From: Lama glama
Taxonomy: Eukaryota
Assembly: GCA_028534125.1 (NCBI GenBank)
Contig: CM052818.1
Coordinates: 47,804,001-47,868,000, forward strand
DNA: 64,000 bases
Reading direction: 5' to 3'
Positions 25,093 to 36,260 of the stretch are shown one piece after another. A program made the translations under genes and the position numbers. The stretch's first letter is position 1, and every line of letters begins with the position of its first letter. Under the pieces are notes generated by a model. It searched no databases and had not been told where the DNA came from. It worked only from the letters and a program-made list of their open reading frames with translations.

Positions 25093-28000
25093 CTAGGAAT
25101 TGATGACAGAAGGTGTGATATTTCTGTGTAATTTATCCTGTAAAACTCAATTTTGGGGACTAACACAAAATGATTTTTTTTTTTTAGTAGAGGTGCTGGG
25201 GATTGAACCCAGGACCTCTTACACCTTAAGCATGAACCCTACCACTGAGCTGTACCCTCCCTGCTCAGAATGAGTTTTGATATTCCAGTCATTTCAGCAA
25301 ATGTTTCCCATGACCTGTGCACCATCTCTAGTGAGGATGCTGAATTCTGTGGACGTTCTCTCTGTACTCATCCAGCTGCCGTCACCGACATAAACACATC
25401 AGGCCAGGGAAGTGCATGACAAACACAATTATTCACTCATCACAGGACATGAATGTCCCTCCACTGGGGGCCGGGGGTGGGTAATCAGGAGAGGCTTTGG
25501 AACAATGTTGACATTCGAATTATATTCTGAAATTTTCAGCTGGAGAGAAGGGTATCGTAAAAGCCCAGAAGCACGTAATACCACAGTGTGTCTGGGAGAC
25601 TGCGGGCAGATGATAATGCTGGGGTGAAAACTGTGTGCACAAATATGTAAGTGCAAATATTAATGAAAGCTTCTTTTAAGAAAGAGAGTAATAAGAAAAG
25701 AACTACAGAGGCAGACAGCCTCCCCATCACGAAGCGTCCCACATGCCCTGCTAAGGGCCTTGGTTTTTATCCTAAATTATGCATCTTACAGGTGGGAACC
25801 AGGTGCCCACACTCCCTATGCCCTACCACGGCACAGAACATTCTGCAGTCATACCTCTTGACTCAAAATGTTCTTAAATTGCCAAAAGTAAATTTTCTTC
25901 CCACTGTACTTACTCCAGCTGTACAGAGACCAGAGCGTTTGGGGAGGGACAGTAGTCAAAACTCCCAAAATGAATTCCCTTTGCCTCTTCCTCTCTGCCT
26001 TGCACCCACAAACTGAACATTCATGTTATCACCTTTCCCCCCATGCCCCCTAAAGAAAGTTCATATTGGAAAAAAAAATAAAATGATGGTGAAGCATCAC
26101 TGATTAACTTGAAAATAGTAAAATATCAAAAGTCACAATAAGCATTTCTCGAAACACCAAATCCAGTGTAAATATGGAGAAGCCAATGTTCTTGTTGGAG
26201 CTCGTTTCTTAAAACCAGGTCTTTGAATGGAATTATTTGTCCTGTGCTAGAAATATTGGCAAAGATTTATGAATTTGGACCAAAAAAAAAAAAGAAAAAA
26301 GAAAAAGAAAAGAAAAAGTGACAGGGCAAAGGAGAAGTGATTGTGTTTCAATTTTGAGAATGGCTGATTATCTTTGCCTTTGGAAGGCGGTGAGACAGAG
26401 ACGTGTCAGTGGCTTTTGGAGAGGAACTGTAACCTCTTCTCTGCAAAGCCACGAGTTATCTGTCAGAGGACCAGCTGGCAGCATCTGAGGTGTTAAAGGC
26501 AGTAATGTGAAGTGTGGCATGCCCTTCCCACAGAGAGCCCTGGGCGCCCCGTGACCAGAGAACCCAGCCAAAGATGGCAGGACAGAGGAGTCTGCCTTGT
26601 GTGATGTCACCTCCATGTGACATCCATGCATCCATAGCCACATGGGAGACACCATCAAGTGTGTGTGTGTGTTGGGGGTGTCAGTGCAAACACAGGGACC
26701 GAGTCCAAGCCAATACCAGCCCAAACACTTAGCTCAGAGCTCGACACGGTGAAGTCTCCATGATATTAATGCTGCTCAGTGACAATACAAATATGAAATG
26801 CCGGCTCGGAAGAGCGAGTCCGGGCTGAATGGTTATGCTCATTAGAACTCAACGCTGGCATTGCTGCTTGGTCAGTTTTTAAGGGATCATTTTATAATTC
26901 ATGAGAAATACTCACATATTCATCCAGGATGAGGTAGGAATCTCTCATCTGCAAAGGAGAAATTACACACAAATTTAGCGTCAAGCGTGCTTTTCAGGGC
27001 GTACGCTCAGCAGCCTGTCTGACAACGTTTGGGTTTGATTACTTCTGGATTCAGCGCTTCTCCTCTCTCCTGAGTATCCCTGGGTGTGTCCCTTACAAGC
27101 TGAGCCACCTGCCAGTGCCCCATCCCTGCCTCACACCCATCTCCAGGCGATCTTTTTGTGTCTATTCAGATTCTCACAGATCCGAGCAGGCTGGATTCTG
27201 CCCCATGCTGGACGGGGGACTCCAGAAGCATCTCTGACAATGAAATCCTCCGGCTGATTTCCCCATTTCCTCCGGCCCTGTCCCTCACTGTTCAATATCC
27301 CCCGTGTCCGCCACACCTCTGATGCCCACCTTGTTCAATGCATAAAGCAGAACTCCTTTAATGCTGCTACCTCGGAGCTTGCCTGAGGATTTTAATATTG
27401 TGTTACTTGTAACTAGTTATGCCTTTTACAGAGGGCGTACCTACACATCTATAGGAGGGTATTCCTTCACTGCCTAACCCTATTCTGCCAAAGTTTTCCT
27501 GTAAAGGACCACATGGTAAATATTTTCAGCCTTGCTGTCCGTGTGGTCTCCATGGCAACGAACAGCCCCTGCAGGGATCGCCACTGCGGACAGCACTTGG
27601 AGAGCGGGCGTGGCCGTGTTCCACTGACACTTTCCTGATGGGCCTTGAAAATTGCATTTTGTATAATTTTCATTGGTCACAAATGCCACTCTTGTTTTGA
27701 TTTTCTTTCCCCAATCATTCTTGGCTTGCATTCTGGATTTGTCCCACTGTCTGGAGTTCGCTAACTCTTGTGCACGGCTAGGTCGGGACTTTGCTTTCGA
27801 ACATCTGAAGGTGGCCCGGTGGCATCAGCGTCACCTGGCAGCTTGTTAAAATTTTGAGTTATGGGTCCACCTCAGACCTGCTGGTTGGTTTGCAAACTCA
27901 GGAGTTCCCTGGGTGAAATCTGAAACCAGCCCCTCATACGTGGAGGGCAAGGAGAGACAGAGAAAGAGGCAGCCACTGCACATGGGCAGGCGGTGGGGTT

Positions 28001-31000
28001 AATAAGCCGGGGAACTTCCAGACAGGGCTTGTCTTGGGTGGCCTGCAAGACAAGGGGATCTCAGCCCTCTGCCAGAGTCTTAAAAGCTTACAGAGAAGCC
28101 TTAACTGGGTTCAGTTACATGTACCGTCCAGGTGGCCTCAACCACACACGCTCTCAAGGGTGCATCTCTGGAACAGATCCCAGTGTGGGAGCGGGGCAGG
28201 AGGTACGTGCCAAGGACAGCGGAGGAGCGAGGAGCCTCCAGTCGCCTGGGTTCAACTCTGGTCCATCCTCATCAGATAATTTCTCCTCCCACTGTGCTGA
28301 GTCAAAATCTGCATTTTAACAAGCGTCCTGGGGGTTCGTCTGCACAACGAAGTTGGAAATGAACTGACTAGTAAGTTTCCCAAGCTTTGGGGTCATCCAG
28401 ATCCTCGTTTGCCCCCTGCTGGGCTCTAAGTGGGGTCACTGAACCTGCCTCTGATGGGGATGAGGTCAGCTCACTTGCCTCTGATCGGTGAGGTCAGCTA
28501 ACACTACGGCTCAGCCTCAGTCTTTCTAAAATGGGGGTAATGACGTCTGGCTCAACAAGTAGCAATACTTACTATGATGTCTATTTTCTTTGATTTCACA
28601 TTAATTACATAATTGAGACAAATTTTAAGAAGTCAAATTTGATAGTGCATTGATACGAGAATTCTCCTCTACCCTTTCTCCTCTTTTCCGGAGCTGCCCT
28701 GCCTCCCATTCAGAGATGCTCTGGTCAACATTACTCAGAAGTTCTAAAGTATAAAGAATGAATCTTTGTTCTGCAGTTCCTACTAGGATGTAAGCCTGTG
28801 AGGGAGAGACTTTGCTGCACATGGGTTCTTTGGCGGAAGATGGGGAAAGCTTTTGATTTTTAAATGCTTTAAAAAACGATAATACAATTTATCTTAGGAA
28901 AATGTAAAGTCCAAACAGTTATCAAGGTAAACAGAAATTACTGGTTCTCCCAATACCCCAGGATGACCCTGGGACGTGTACTTACTTGCACACTAGGATT
29001 AAAGGTCATGACCAGAAAGTGACACATTGTAACTGACTACTGTACTTCAGTTTAAAAAAAAAAAGGTTAAATGAATTTTGCCTATTGTTCTTCATTTGCG
29101 CCTAAAAGATCATGGGGATTTAGCCTTCTCCCTAACAGCCTTTGGAATATGCTATTTGATCAGGATGACATTCCATGCTGTGAACACGAGTTTACCTGTT
29201 CTCTGGACGATAAATACCAGGAGACTTTTTACTACCATCCTTAACACTGCAGGAAGGTTGCTTTGAACAAGAAAATTTTTTTTTCCTTAGCTTCTCAGAA
29301 CACACCAATTATTTACCCTGCCTCTGGAAACACCTGGAAGCTCCGCAGTGTAGACATGCTCTGGCGAACATGGTTTGATCTACGTAATATATACATTTGG
29401 ACCAGCAGGACTGACCCAACTCTTCACATTAGAAACCTAAAGATCCCTGAAACGCTGCTTCTGCCTCCGCCCTGAGGCTCCCCCCAGCTCTCCAGAGCCC
29501 TCTGAAGTAAGTTCCCTCTTTGGACAATCTACTTTGTGATGGGGAACAACGCGACTTTGCTTCGTACAACCTTCTGGTTAGACTCGGGCACCAGGCAGGG
29601 CACGTCTTTGTGGCGCTCCAGGAACCCTTCAAACTGTTCGTCGCTGATGACAAACCGCTCGGCTTCTCTCAGGGCGTCTTCTCCGGAATTCTCACCCTCA
29701 ATCAGGAGGCACTGGAAGACCTGGAACACAAGCGTAGTGTTGGCTTCGTGAAACGCTTTCAATAAGTTTTTGCCCCAAATTTCACTTCCCCCAAACCAGG
29801 CTTCATCTTTCCAGAGCAAAAAAGATTCTCCCCTCTAAGGAACATGCTAGAAAGACGTTGCTCCAGGGAAACGAGATTGTGCCCCGAAATTTAGAGATAT
29901 GATACTAGAAGCCCATTCCTAAAATACACGTTTTTAAAAACTGATCTAGATGGTGTTGATCCAGTCTGAGAAGCTATTTTTTCAGACTGCAAAACAATCG
30001 AAGGAAATATGAGCTATAGAAAGGCATCAAGAAAATAAATCAGTTTTCAGCCCTAAACCGAGAAATGAGTATTTTCAAAATGTTGTGTCTACTGATTTTT
30101 GACACAAGCTTATTAAGGCTGTTAGAACATGATTGTTTTTCAGGGAATAGGAAAGACAGCTTTCCAAAGCCATTAATAGCCTTTTCCAACACCCTTGTAA
30201 GTAAATCAGTTCGTGTGTGTAAGACGCATTGTTCCACCACAAGGGACACCTTGCACCTGAACAGAACTCAGCCCCAGGCACTTGTCCAAGGTGACAGTAG
30301 GTGGCGCTGTTGAAGGTCAGAGCCGCACAGAGCCCAGGTAACGGTTTCGTGCACAGAAGCATTTAATTCACACTGTGGTCGGCTTAGAAGTAATTTTAAG
30401 TGCCCTAAATATCGCCTTCTTTGCTCATTCTCTCCCCCACTCACCCCTTCTCTGCCCCCACCCCCTCTTTTGGCTCTGGCCACGTGATAGTTTTCCCATT
30501 TGCTTTCGTGGCTGTCTTCCTCGGCAGGCTGTCTTGGGAGGGGACACCACTCATTTTGTCCCCAAAGCACCCATCCCCAGTCCAGGCAGAGCGGGAGGAG
30601 AGAGGCCTGGCAGGGGTGGGACTTCCACGTGGGTCAGAATCCCACGCTCACTCCAGTGTCAGGCGGGGAAGACACACGTGGCATCTTCCCTGGGGAGGGG
30701 TCCAGGATCCACCTGCTGGAACCTAGGGCCTCTCGCGGAAAAACCCACGTCACCGGAGCGGGAAGGGGAGTGAGCAGGGCAGAGGGGTGGGGTGAGCGGG
30801 AGCGGCTGGGCGCCGCAAGCCTGAGTTGGTTGCTGCCTGCTTGCTGACGAATCCCGGCCTGCCGGACGCTGGGGCGCTGCTGGCTGTGGACGCAGCCTGC
30901 AAGCCCGGAGCCTCCCGCGACGGGGGCTGCCTCCCGGGACCAGGTCCTGACGCACGTGGGTGATGGCGCACCTGATCCAGCTATACGGCAGTTTGCAGCC

Positions 31001-33487
31001 CACAGACCTCAGCGGTCGGAGGAGAACACTGTTCCCCAGACAGACAGCAGCTAATCCTTTCCCTCCAAAGCAAGTCAGGGTTTTGAAAAGGCAATTCTGG
31101 AGTGAACCAGACAAGTGGAAGCCAGAGTGGGGGGGAAGACGGAAAAAAAAAGCCATGAGGTTGAGAAGAGGGGACAAGGAGCCGTGAGCAGACCAAACTA
31201 TGAGAAAAAATATATAGAAGTACATTATGTGTATATACATTATGGAAGTGGGCCAGAGGTGGGGAAGCAGGACAGGAGAGTGGTGTCTGGCCGGTGGTTC
31301 TAGAAGGAAAATCTAAGAGCCTGGAGCTCAGCCCCCTGGCTCTCACCCGTCCCTCCCAGCTGGGCCGTAGCCTGGGGTCCTCTTGTCACCCTCTTTCTGT
31401 CGCTGTTTTTGTTCCTCCTGGGCCTGGGAGAGTGCCAGCATGTAACCAGAGTTCAAGTTCAATATACTAATTACATTTTTTTTTAAAGGAAGAACCATTT
31501 CTAGCTTCCCCTAACGCATTTCCAAATATTACAGGATAACCTCAGGAAAATAACACAATAACCCCGTTCCTCGTCTGCCCAGCCCTGCTCTGAACGCCTA
31601 CGTGGGATTTACAGCACATCCTGGGCAGCTTTGACAGGGAAGATCTCCTTTGTGTCTGGACAGGACTCTCTTCCCTACCTGTGGAAATTTCGTCCACCTG
31701 CCAGAGCACAGCCAAACGCCACCTCCTATGTGAGGTCTTCATGGCGCTTTGGCAGAATTAAACCTGGCCTGTTTTGCCCTCCCACGGTATCCGAGCACAC
31801 ATAGCTTTATCTTACATGAGTTTTGCTCGCCTCTTTCCCTTGCTGGAATTGAAGTCTACATCTTCTCCTTACTTGCGTCTACTCTGGGGTCCAGGCACAG
31901 ACTTTGGAGAGCCGCGTAACGATCGCTGGGGTAGCTTGTTAAGACCCCATATTCACCCAAGCTCTTGCGCTAATCTGTTTCAGGACAGTGGGTGTGGGAT
32001 AAAGCCTAAGGAGCTGTTTTTAAATAGTCCCGTGAATTGATTCTGAAGGACAGTTGAGGTGGAAATCTTCAGTTTATAATTGTTTGCTAGAGGCTGCACA
32101 TTGTAGATGCTGTAAAAACACCCTGGACTGGCTTACGTGGTATTTGAACTCTGGACGTTTTAGTAGCTGATAAAGGGGCCAAGTCTTAAAGCATGCAACT
32201 GGGTGAATGCATTTTGCTACAATTCGGAGATGTCCTTGCTCACAGTATCTTCTAGTGATTCAATGAAAAAAATAACTAACAATTTATGAAGAACATATAT
32301 CCATTTATAAATAAGCCAAGATTTTTTGAGATGAAATCAGTCTTAGTATTTTAATGAGCATATCTGAGTTAGGCTTCCTATGAACATAACCTTCAGAGCA
32401 TCTCCAAACACTTGGCGTATTTTTTTTTTAATATTTACTTTCACAGTGTTCCAGAAGGGAATCAGTTCCAGTTTGAACAAGGGTAGTTGAGGCAGAGAGA
32501 ATGTAAGTGGTTAAAATTTAGCAGAGCTGAAAGACGGACCAAGTGAGGCAGGAAGCCCCATAAAAAGACGAGAAGGACCCCCAAACAGGGGGTCCTGTTA
32601 CTACTCTCCTGCCAGCACCATCCAGTTCCTTGGCCCAGAGGCTCTGTCTCACTTTTTGCCTCTGAAATAGCTTACTTACACATAAAATTCTATTGATTCC
32701 CTGAGCTCACTCCTGATTGGTTCATTTCCTCCACTCCTGATTGGTTCATTTCCCTAACTTCTGATTGGTCCATTTTGTAGTACTTCATTTGCATGGAGCT
32801 CACTCCTGATTATTTCTGTCACTCCTGATTGGTTCACTTCCCTCACTCCTGATTGGTTGTTTCTCTCCCTCCTGATTGGGCCACTCCTACAAAGCTTGTT
32901 CTTAATTAGTCAATTTTCCTTATACCTCATTTACATATGATGTTGCAAAGTGTAAACTGGCAGCCTATAAAAGCCGGTGTAAACTTACAGACGGGGTCCA
33001 GAGGTTGGAGAGTTAACTCCTCTGGGCCCACTGTTGCAATAAACCTGAGTTCTCTAGCTCTCCATGTGCTGTTTGGTCTCTAGCCCAGATCCAGATTGCT
33101 GTCTCAACTGAGCTGTAACACATTTTTCCACAACACAAGGACCCACTTTCTTGACTGGCTCACCGTGTCCAGAGCTCTCTGTACCTTTAGTTTCACTCAA
33201 GCCAGTCTCTTCTGAATGTTCTCTTAACTACAATCAGAAAAGAGATATGGTGCTTACCTTCCAGCGGACAGGGTTCAGTTCTCTAATTTGTTCCCTCATA
33301 TCCTCGTCTACGTTGAATCGATTGATGACAGAATTTATCTTGAAGGCCACTCTGTAATCCCTACACCAGGTCCTCAATTTTTGGAGATTTTCCACGTGGT
33401 TCTTCTTTCCTTGACCACGGCCAATAAGGACATTGACTTGCTCGTCAAAGCTGTCACAGGAGATGGCGAGAATGTCCAAATATTCAC
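24928..33487 (-). CDS. RSAD2: Viperin (radical SAM ddhCTP synthase), partial CDS, exons 3-6: complement(join(24928..25092,26916..26948,29571..29720,33258..33487)); exons 1-2 not present in the called sequence
   Basis: Four in-frame exons (230/150/33/165 nt) with GT-AG boundaries encode the viperin C-terminal half, ending in the hallmark ...SKADLKLDW*. Confidence 0.96.
25174..25262 (-). mobile_element. tRNA-derived SINE (Vic-1-like) in RSAD2 intron 5
   Basis: Reverse complement of ggagggtacagctcagtggtag...gaggtcctgggttcaatcccc with a poly-A tail. Confidence 0.85.
26916..26948 (-). CDS. RSAD2: RSAD2 exon 5 (33-nt micro-exon, absent from the ORF track)
   Basis: tttgcag|ATGAGAGATTCCTACCTCATCCTGGATGAATAT|gtgagt encodes [11 protein letters not shown]. 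Confidence 0.95.
27475..27772. mobile_element. MER58-like hAT-Charlie relic
   Basis: ttttcctgtaaaggacc...gtaaatattttcagcctt...ggattt...gttcgctaactcttg. Confidence 0.6.
29571..29720 (-). CDS. RSAD2: RSAD2 exon 4
   Basis: ttccag|GTCTTC encodes [50 protein letters not shown]; donor AAG|gttgta; 150 nt. Confidence 0.95.
32544..33135 (+). mobile_element. Solo ERV1-type LTR in RSAD2 intron 3, antisense to RSAD2
   Basis: TG...CA ends, 4-bp TSD CAAG (32540-32543 and 33136-33139), TATAAAA 32966-32972, AATAAA 33038-33043, tandem CCTGATTGG units. Confidence 0.88.
33258..33487 (-). CDS. RSAD2: RSAD2 exon 3
   Basis: ttccctcag|GTGAATAT encodes (G)[76 protein letters not shown]; donor AAG|gtaagc. Confidence 0.96.
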
Positions 33488-33566
33488 CTGAGGGAAAACG
33501 ACCACTTTAGTCTTTTCCGTCCTAGGATCAGATATCAGGTCTTTAAGCCAGAGGATTAGGGACCAC

Positions 33567-34066
33567 NNNNNNNNNNNNNNNNNNNNNNNNNNNNNNNNNN
33601 NNNNNNNNNNNNNNNNNNNNNNNNNNNNNNNNNNNNNNNNNNNNNNNNNNNNNNNNNNNNNNNNNNNNNNNNNNNNNNNNNNNNNNNNNNNNNNNNNNNN
33701 NNNNNNNNNNNNNNNNNNNNNNNNNNNNNNNNNNNNNNNNNNNNNNNNNNNNNNNNNNNNNNNNNNNNNNNNNNNNNNNNNNNNNNNNNNNNNNNNNNNN
33801 NNNNNNNNNNNNNNNNNNNNNNNNNNNNNNNNNNNNNNNNNNNNNNNNNNNNNNNNNNNNNNNNNNNNNNNNNNNNNNNNNNNNNNNNNNNNNNNNNNNN
33901 NNNNNNNNNNNNNNNNNNNNNNNNNNNNNNNNNNNNNNNNNNNNNNNNNNNNNNNNNNNNNNNNNNNNNNNNNNNNNNNNNNNNNNNNNNNNNNNNNNNN
34001 NNNNNNNNNNNNNNNNNNNNNNNNNNNNNNNNNNNNNNNNNNNNNNNNNNNNNNNNNNNNNNNNNN
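33567..34066. other. Assembly gap (exactly 500 N), in RSAD2 intron 2
   Basis: Run of N. Confidence 0.99.
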
Positions 34067-34749
34067 TACTGCTCTCAGGATATTAGCATCGACCATGTAA
34101 AACTTAGCTGTCAGTGCCCTCTGCAACCTTAGGATCAGTGGTTCATGACCTGGCTGCGCAGTGGAACCCCCTGGAGGACCCCACATTGGTCTGTCCACAT
34201 GCCACGATGTAATTAGCCTGGGGTTCAGACCCAACACAGATATTTTATTTAAAGTTTCTCAGCAGCCAAATATGTAGCCAGAGACAAGAATGGCTGTTTT
34301 AGTCCAAGAAATTAATTTACACATGAGGCTACCAAAATACACTTATTTCTGAAAAGTTTTAAAAACTCAACATGAATAGCAAATAGACAATAAGGCCGGG
34401 GCTTGCAAAACTGTAAACTGTGTTCATCTGCCCCGCGCATGGCTCCGCTAAGTACTCGCTCCATTGATAATGGGCAGAAGAGCCCTGGCGTTAACGTGCT
34501 CCGTTATCCGCCTGGCCATACTTGTTTACCAGCGCCCTGCAGAATGAAACCCACCAAAACTCATGGTTTCGAAAGAGATTAAGATAAGCACGCTTGTTTT
34601 TTCCTTCCTTCAGATCCCCAGCAGGTCTGGCCAAAGGCCCAGGATGGAAGGAAACAGCACAATAGACAGTGGTAGTGGCCACAGTCCAGTGTCACGCTAG
34701 GAGCTCCCCGTGGTTCCTGGACCACCTCCCCCGGGTCAGGTTGCTCCTG

Positions 34750-35530
34750 TTTTCTAAAACCACCCTCTAGGTTTGCCCGCTTTTGAAGTCCCTATGGATG
34801 GAATCCCACGGTATCTGCTTTTTTCTGTATAGCTGCTTTCACGCAATACGTGTAGATTTCTTTCCATTTTGTTGTGTTTAGCAGTACTTTCCATTTTCAT
34901 AGCCATCTGGGAGTTCATTGGTTGAATATACCACAGTCCATTTGATCATCCTATTATGACGAGCATTTGGAGGATTCTGCTATTCTGCTGTACCTTTTCT
35001 CGTCCATGCCTTTTGGTCAACATAAGTATGCGTCTGCGTGGGGTGTACACCCAGAAGTGGGATCAGTGGTCCATACAGTATACACATGTCTCCCTTTAAT
35101 ACCTCCAAAGAGTTGTCCAGAGTGCCAGACCAAGTTCCACTCCAGCCAGAACAATGTCAGCATTCCAATTGCTCCACGTCTTCTTCCTCACTCGGGATTG
35201 TCCCTGAAAGACTTCTGTTTTGTCTGGTTTAATTTTAGTCATCTCAGTGGGTGTGGAGTTGGTCTCACTGTGGTTTTACTATCCGGTTTCCTGATGACGA
35301 ATGATGTTAAGCACATTTTTTATATGTTTAATTAATAGCTATTTTGATAATCTCTTGGTAAAGTGCCTGTTTGAATCCCTTGCCCTCTTTTTTTTTATTG
35401 GGTTTTCTGCATTTTTATTATCGATCTGTAGGAATTTATTGCATAGCGTGTACTTCCTTGGTTATATGAATCACAAATATCTTCTTTAACTTTTTGTCTG
35501 TCCTGTTCACTCATTTACTGGTTGTAACTT
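34750..35530 (-). mobile_element. Old L1 (L1ME-like) 3' fragment
   Basis: T-rich; includes ctcactgtggtttta...ctgatgacgaatgatgttaagcacattttt. Confidence 0.7.
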
Positions 35531-35698
35531 AATTCATTTCATGTGTGTAATTTCACTAAATTTACTAATTTATAAAGAGCTGTCACTGTGCGCATGTGTA
35601 TTTAAATAAATAAAATGGAAGATCAAAGTACTTCTTAGTAAGAGTTCCTTGAACATTTTATTAAATTTCCGTGTGTGTATGTGTGTGTGTGTGTATTG

Positions 35699-36260
35699 TG
35701 TTGTGTTTCAGGAGTCTCGGCACCACCCACAAGGACTTGTAGGACTTGGGAGCAGTTTACGCTCACAGCCAGGGTTTATTCCAGGGAGAGGATGCAGAGC
35801 AAGGACACCAGGGCAAAGAGGAACATCAAAGGAGTCTTGAGAGGTGGGCACAGACCTTTGACTCCGTCCCCATCTGGGGTTGCACTCTCTCTTTAGCAGT
35901 GCCCCCACCCCAGGACAGGTGTGGGATAGCTGGTCAGGGAAGCCCGCTTGCGTCTCAGGTCTGCCCTTATGTGGTGAGCTGGACACGTAGGCACATCCTG
36001 CTGTGACCAGTCGTGGTCATTTAATCCCAGGACACCACCTGTCAATGCAGTGCCCATCATCAGTCTTGATACTTGAGCAAAGCAATCCTGACAAGCTGGT
36101 GTGGTGTGTTCGATGCTCCAGGTGTATACACAGAACCACAGAAAGAAGGTTTTAAGGGCATATTTCTAGGATTTGGCCAGATTCGATCGTGACTCCAGGC
36201 TCCTGAGAGAGACGCCAGGATTGTAAGCACCTGCACCTGCTGTGTTAACTCTTCTCAAGG
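35699..36260. mobile_element. ERVL-type LTR (MER77/MER68-like)
   Basis: caccacc...ctcacagccagggtttatt...aggatgcagagcaa...cagggaagccc motifs. Confidence 0.55.

Noticed and set aside
32700..32890. Regularly spaced repeats suggesting a CRISPR-like array
   Set aside because: Units are about 24 bp with similar intervening sequence and lie in an LTR U3 region in mammalian DNA; no cas genes
24928..33487. RSAD2 as a pseudogene
   Set aside because: All visible exons keep their frame, splice sites and conserved residues; the missing part coincides with a gap
33374..34237. 287-aa ORF (and the similar ORFs 56747-57445 and 56778-57389)
   Set aside because: Artefacts of translating through N gaps
34390..34560. 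Possible RSAD2 exon 2 after the gap (acceptor-like ttcattctgcag at about 34537 on - strand)
   Set aside because: The translation does not resemble viperin exon 2 and no convincing donor follows
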